From positions 3,162,001-3,226,000 of the forward strand of contig JASTWF010000035.1 in assembly GCA_030390025.1 (NCBI GenBank): 64,000 nt of DNA, in the 5' to 3' direction. Positions 62,511 to 64,000 of the stretch are shown piece by piece. The first letter of the stretch is position 1. Every line of letters starts with the position of its first letter. Under the pieces are notes generated by a model. That model saw only the letters and a list, made by a program, of their open reading frames with translations, searched no databases and was not told the origin of the DNA. Position numbers and translations under genes: made by a program. The DNA comes from Squalus acanthias (taxonomy: Eukaryota).

Positions 62511-63403
62511 GGGGGAGAAATTCAGTATCGCCCCATTTGGGGCGCAATTATCGGCCGGGCGCAAAGATTAGCGCCTGGCGCTAATTATCGCCACCGACTG
62601 CAAACTTGACTTTTATCGCCCCTGGAGGTGATTGGAGCGCTAAATCAGGCGCTTCACACCTGTCTTAAGGCGCAAAGGCCGAGGAGCGAGGCGCTACCTC
62701 AGAGCGCTGGCGAAGCTCATGTAATGTCAGTCAGCAATGGAACACACACACAATGGCACGGGCCAGTTCTTAAAGGGGATGGTTAATCTTGCTTTCCATC
62801 CACATCCTGCTCATTGCAGCCTTGAATCTCTGCCTGGAGAGACCTGCGCATCAAATCTGCTGGAAAGAACAATGGAGAGTACCAGGCAAAGAGCTCAGAG
62901 TGCAGCCCCCACAGTCTCTTCTGAATCGATACAAGGAATGGCAAATCAAAATGAACCTGCAAAGTGCTGCTCAGTACCCAAAACTCCTTCACACAGCGTT
63001 GAATCTCTCCAGAAGTCTCTCCCTCTCTCTCTCAGAATGCGTAGTTCAAAAATGGCACCAACAATAAAAGGCAGGGAGCGGTCACCTTTAAATAGCGCTC
63101 CCCCTTTCCCTTCATGACAGCAGAACCCTCCCCTCAACCTGTCGTTGCTTGCGTCAGGCGGTAAGGCAGGGGGCGCCACTCAATATCCGCTCCGGGGCGA
63201 TACCGGGGCGTTGCGCACTCGACTGACGTCACGATCTGCCGGCGCAGGAGATCGTGGCGGTAGTGTTTAGCGCCGCCGCAAAATGTCTAGTTAATTTCGC
63301 GAGCGGCGCAAACTTCGCCGCGCCTGGGCGCTAGATGCTTTGCGCCGCATTAGCGCCCTCTTAAGGTGCTAACGGGAGGCGCAACCAACTGAATTTTTCC
63401 CCT
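62511..63403. mobile_element. Non-autonomous Harbinger-like element (same family, inverted relative to 61191-62083)
   Basis: TIRs GGGGGAGAAATTCAGT and ACTGAATTTTTCCCCT; TSD AAA; removing it restores the CR1 sequence GAACACAAAGAGTCTG. Confidence 0.9.
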
Positions 63404-63784
63404 AAAGAGTCTGCAAAGGGATATAGATAGACTAAGTGAGTGGGCAGTAAGGTGGCAGATGGAGTATAATGTAGGTAATTGTGAGGTTATTCACTTTGAT
63501 AGGAAGAATAGAAAAACAGAATATTTTTTAAATCGTGAGAAACTTTCAAATGTTGGTGTCGAGAGAGATTTGGGTGTCCTCGTGCAAGAAACACAGAAAA
63601 CTAGTATGCAGGTACAGCAAGCAATAAGGAAGGTAAATGGCATGTTGACCTTTATTGCAAGGGGATTGGAGTATAAGAGCAACGAAGTCTTGCTACAATT
63701 GTACAGGGCCTTGGTGAGACCACAGCTGGAGTACTGTGCACAGTTTTGGTCTCCTTATCTAAGGAAGGATATCCTTAATAACCG

Positions 63785-64000
63785 CTTGACGCCCCGAGAC
63801 TCCATGCTGGACATCGGAGACCCCCCCGCTCGACACCCTGAGACCCTCCCGCTCGACGCGCTGAGACCCCCCTGCTCGACGCCCCGAGACCCTCCGCTCG
63901 ACGCCCCGAGACCCTCCGCTCGAGGCCCCGAGACCCTCCCACTCGACACCCCGAGACCCTCCCACTCGACACCGTGAGACCTTCCCACTCGACGCCCCGA
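63785..64000. repeat. About 21-23 bp C-rich minisatellite running off the window
   Basis: Repeated CGAGACCCTCCC(G/A)CTCGAC(G/A)CCC. Confidence 0.9.

Noticed and set aside
61324..63179. Recurring ORFs (MEHTHNGT..., MAPPALPP...) in the ~0.9-kb family, including a start that loosely resembles a Myb-like gene
   Set aside because: Recurrence follows from copy similarity; stops differ between copies and no domain is recognisable.

Overview
Vertebrate genomic DNA, most likely a cartilaginous fish (inferred from the repeat families; species cannot be determined). Almost the whole window is nested transposable elements inside introns of a minus-strand rhotekin (RTKN) gene. The ORF track misses RTKN; its exons were read by hand at 25061-25226 and 11707-11814, plus a candidate alternative last exon at 7984-8084. 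TE content: many CR1 LINEs (two full-length, one near full-length), L2 fragments, a disabled two-gene PIF/Harbinger transposon (16724-21795) with non-autonomous relatives, Penelope-like elements carrying minimal hammerhead ribozymes (three of them palindromic), and a complete Ty3/Gypsy element (46499-50925). The most notable signals are: (i) the Gypsy element has no tRNA primer-binding site but an 11-nt perfect complement to its own LTR, suggesting Tf1-like self-priming, and its RT motif is YLDN; (ii) the palindromic Penelope insertions place hammerheads on both strands and share one breakpoint; (iii) the candidate alternative RTKN terminal exon. Boundaries of degraded fragments are approximate, and no database searches were run.
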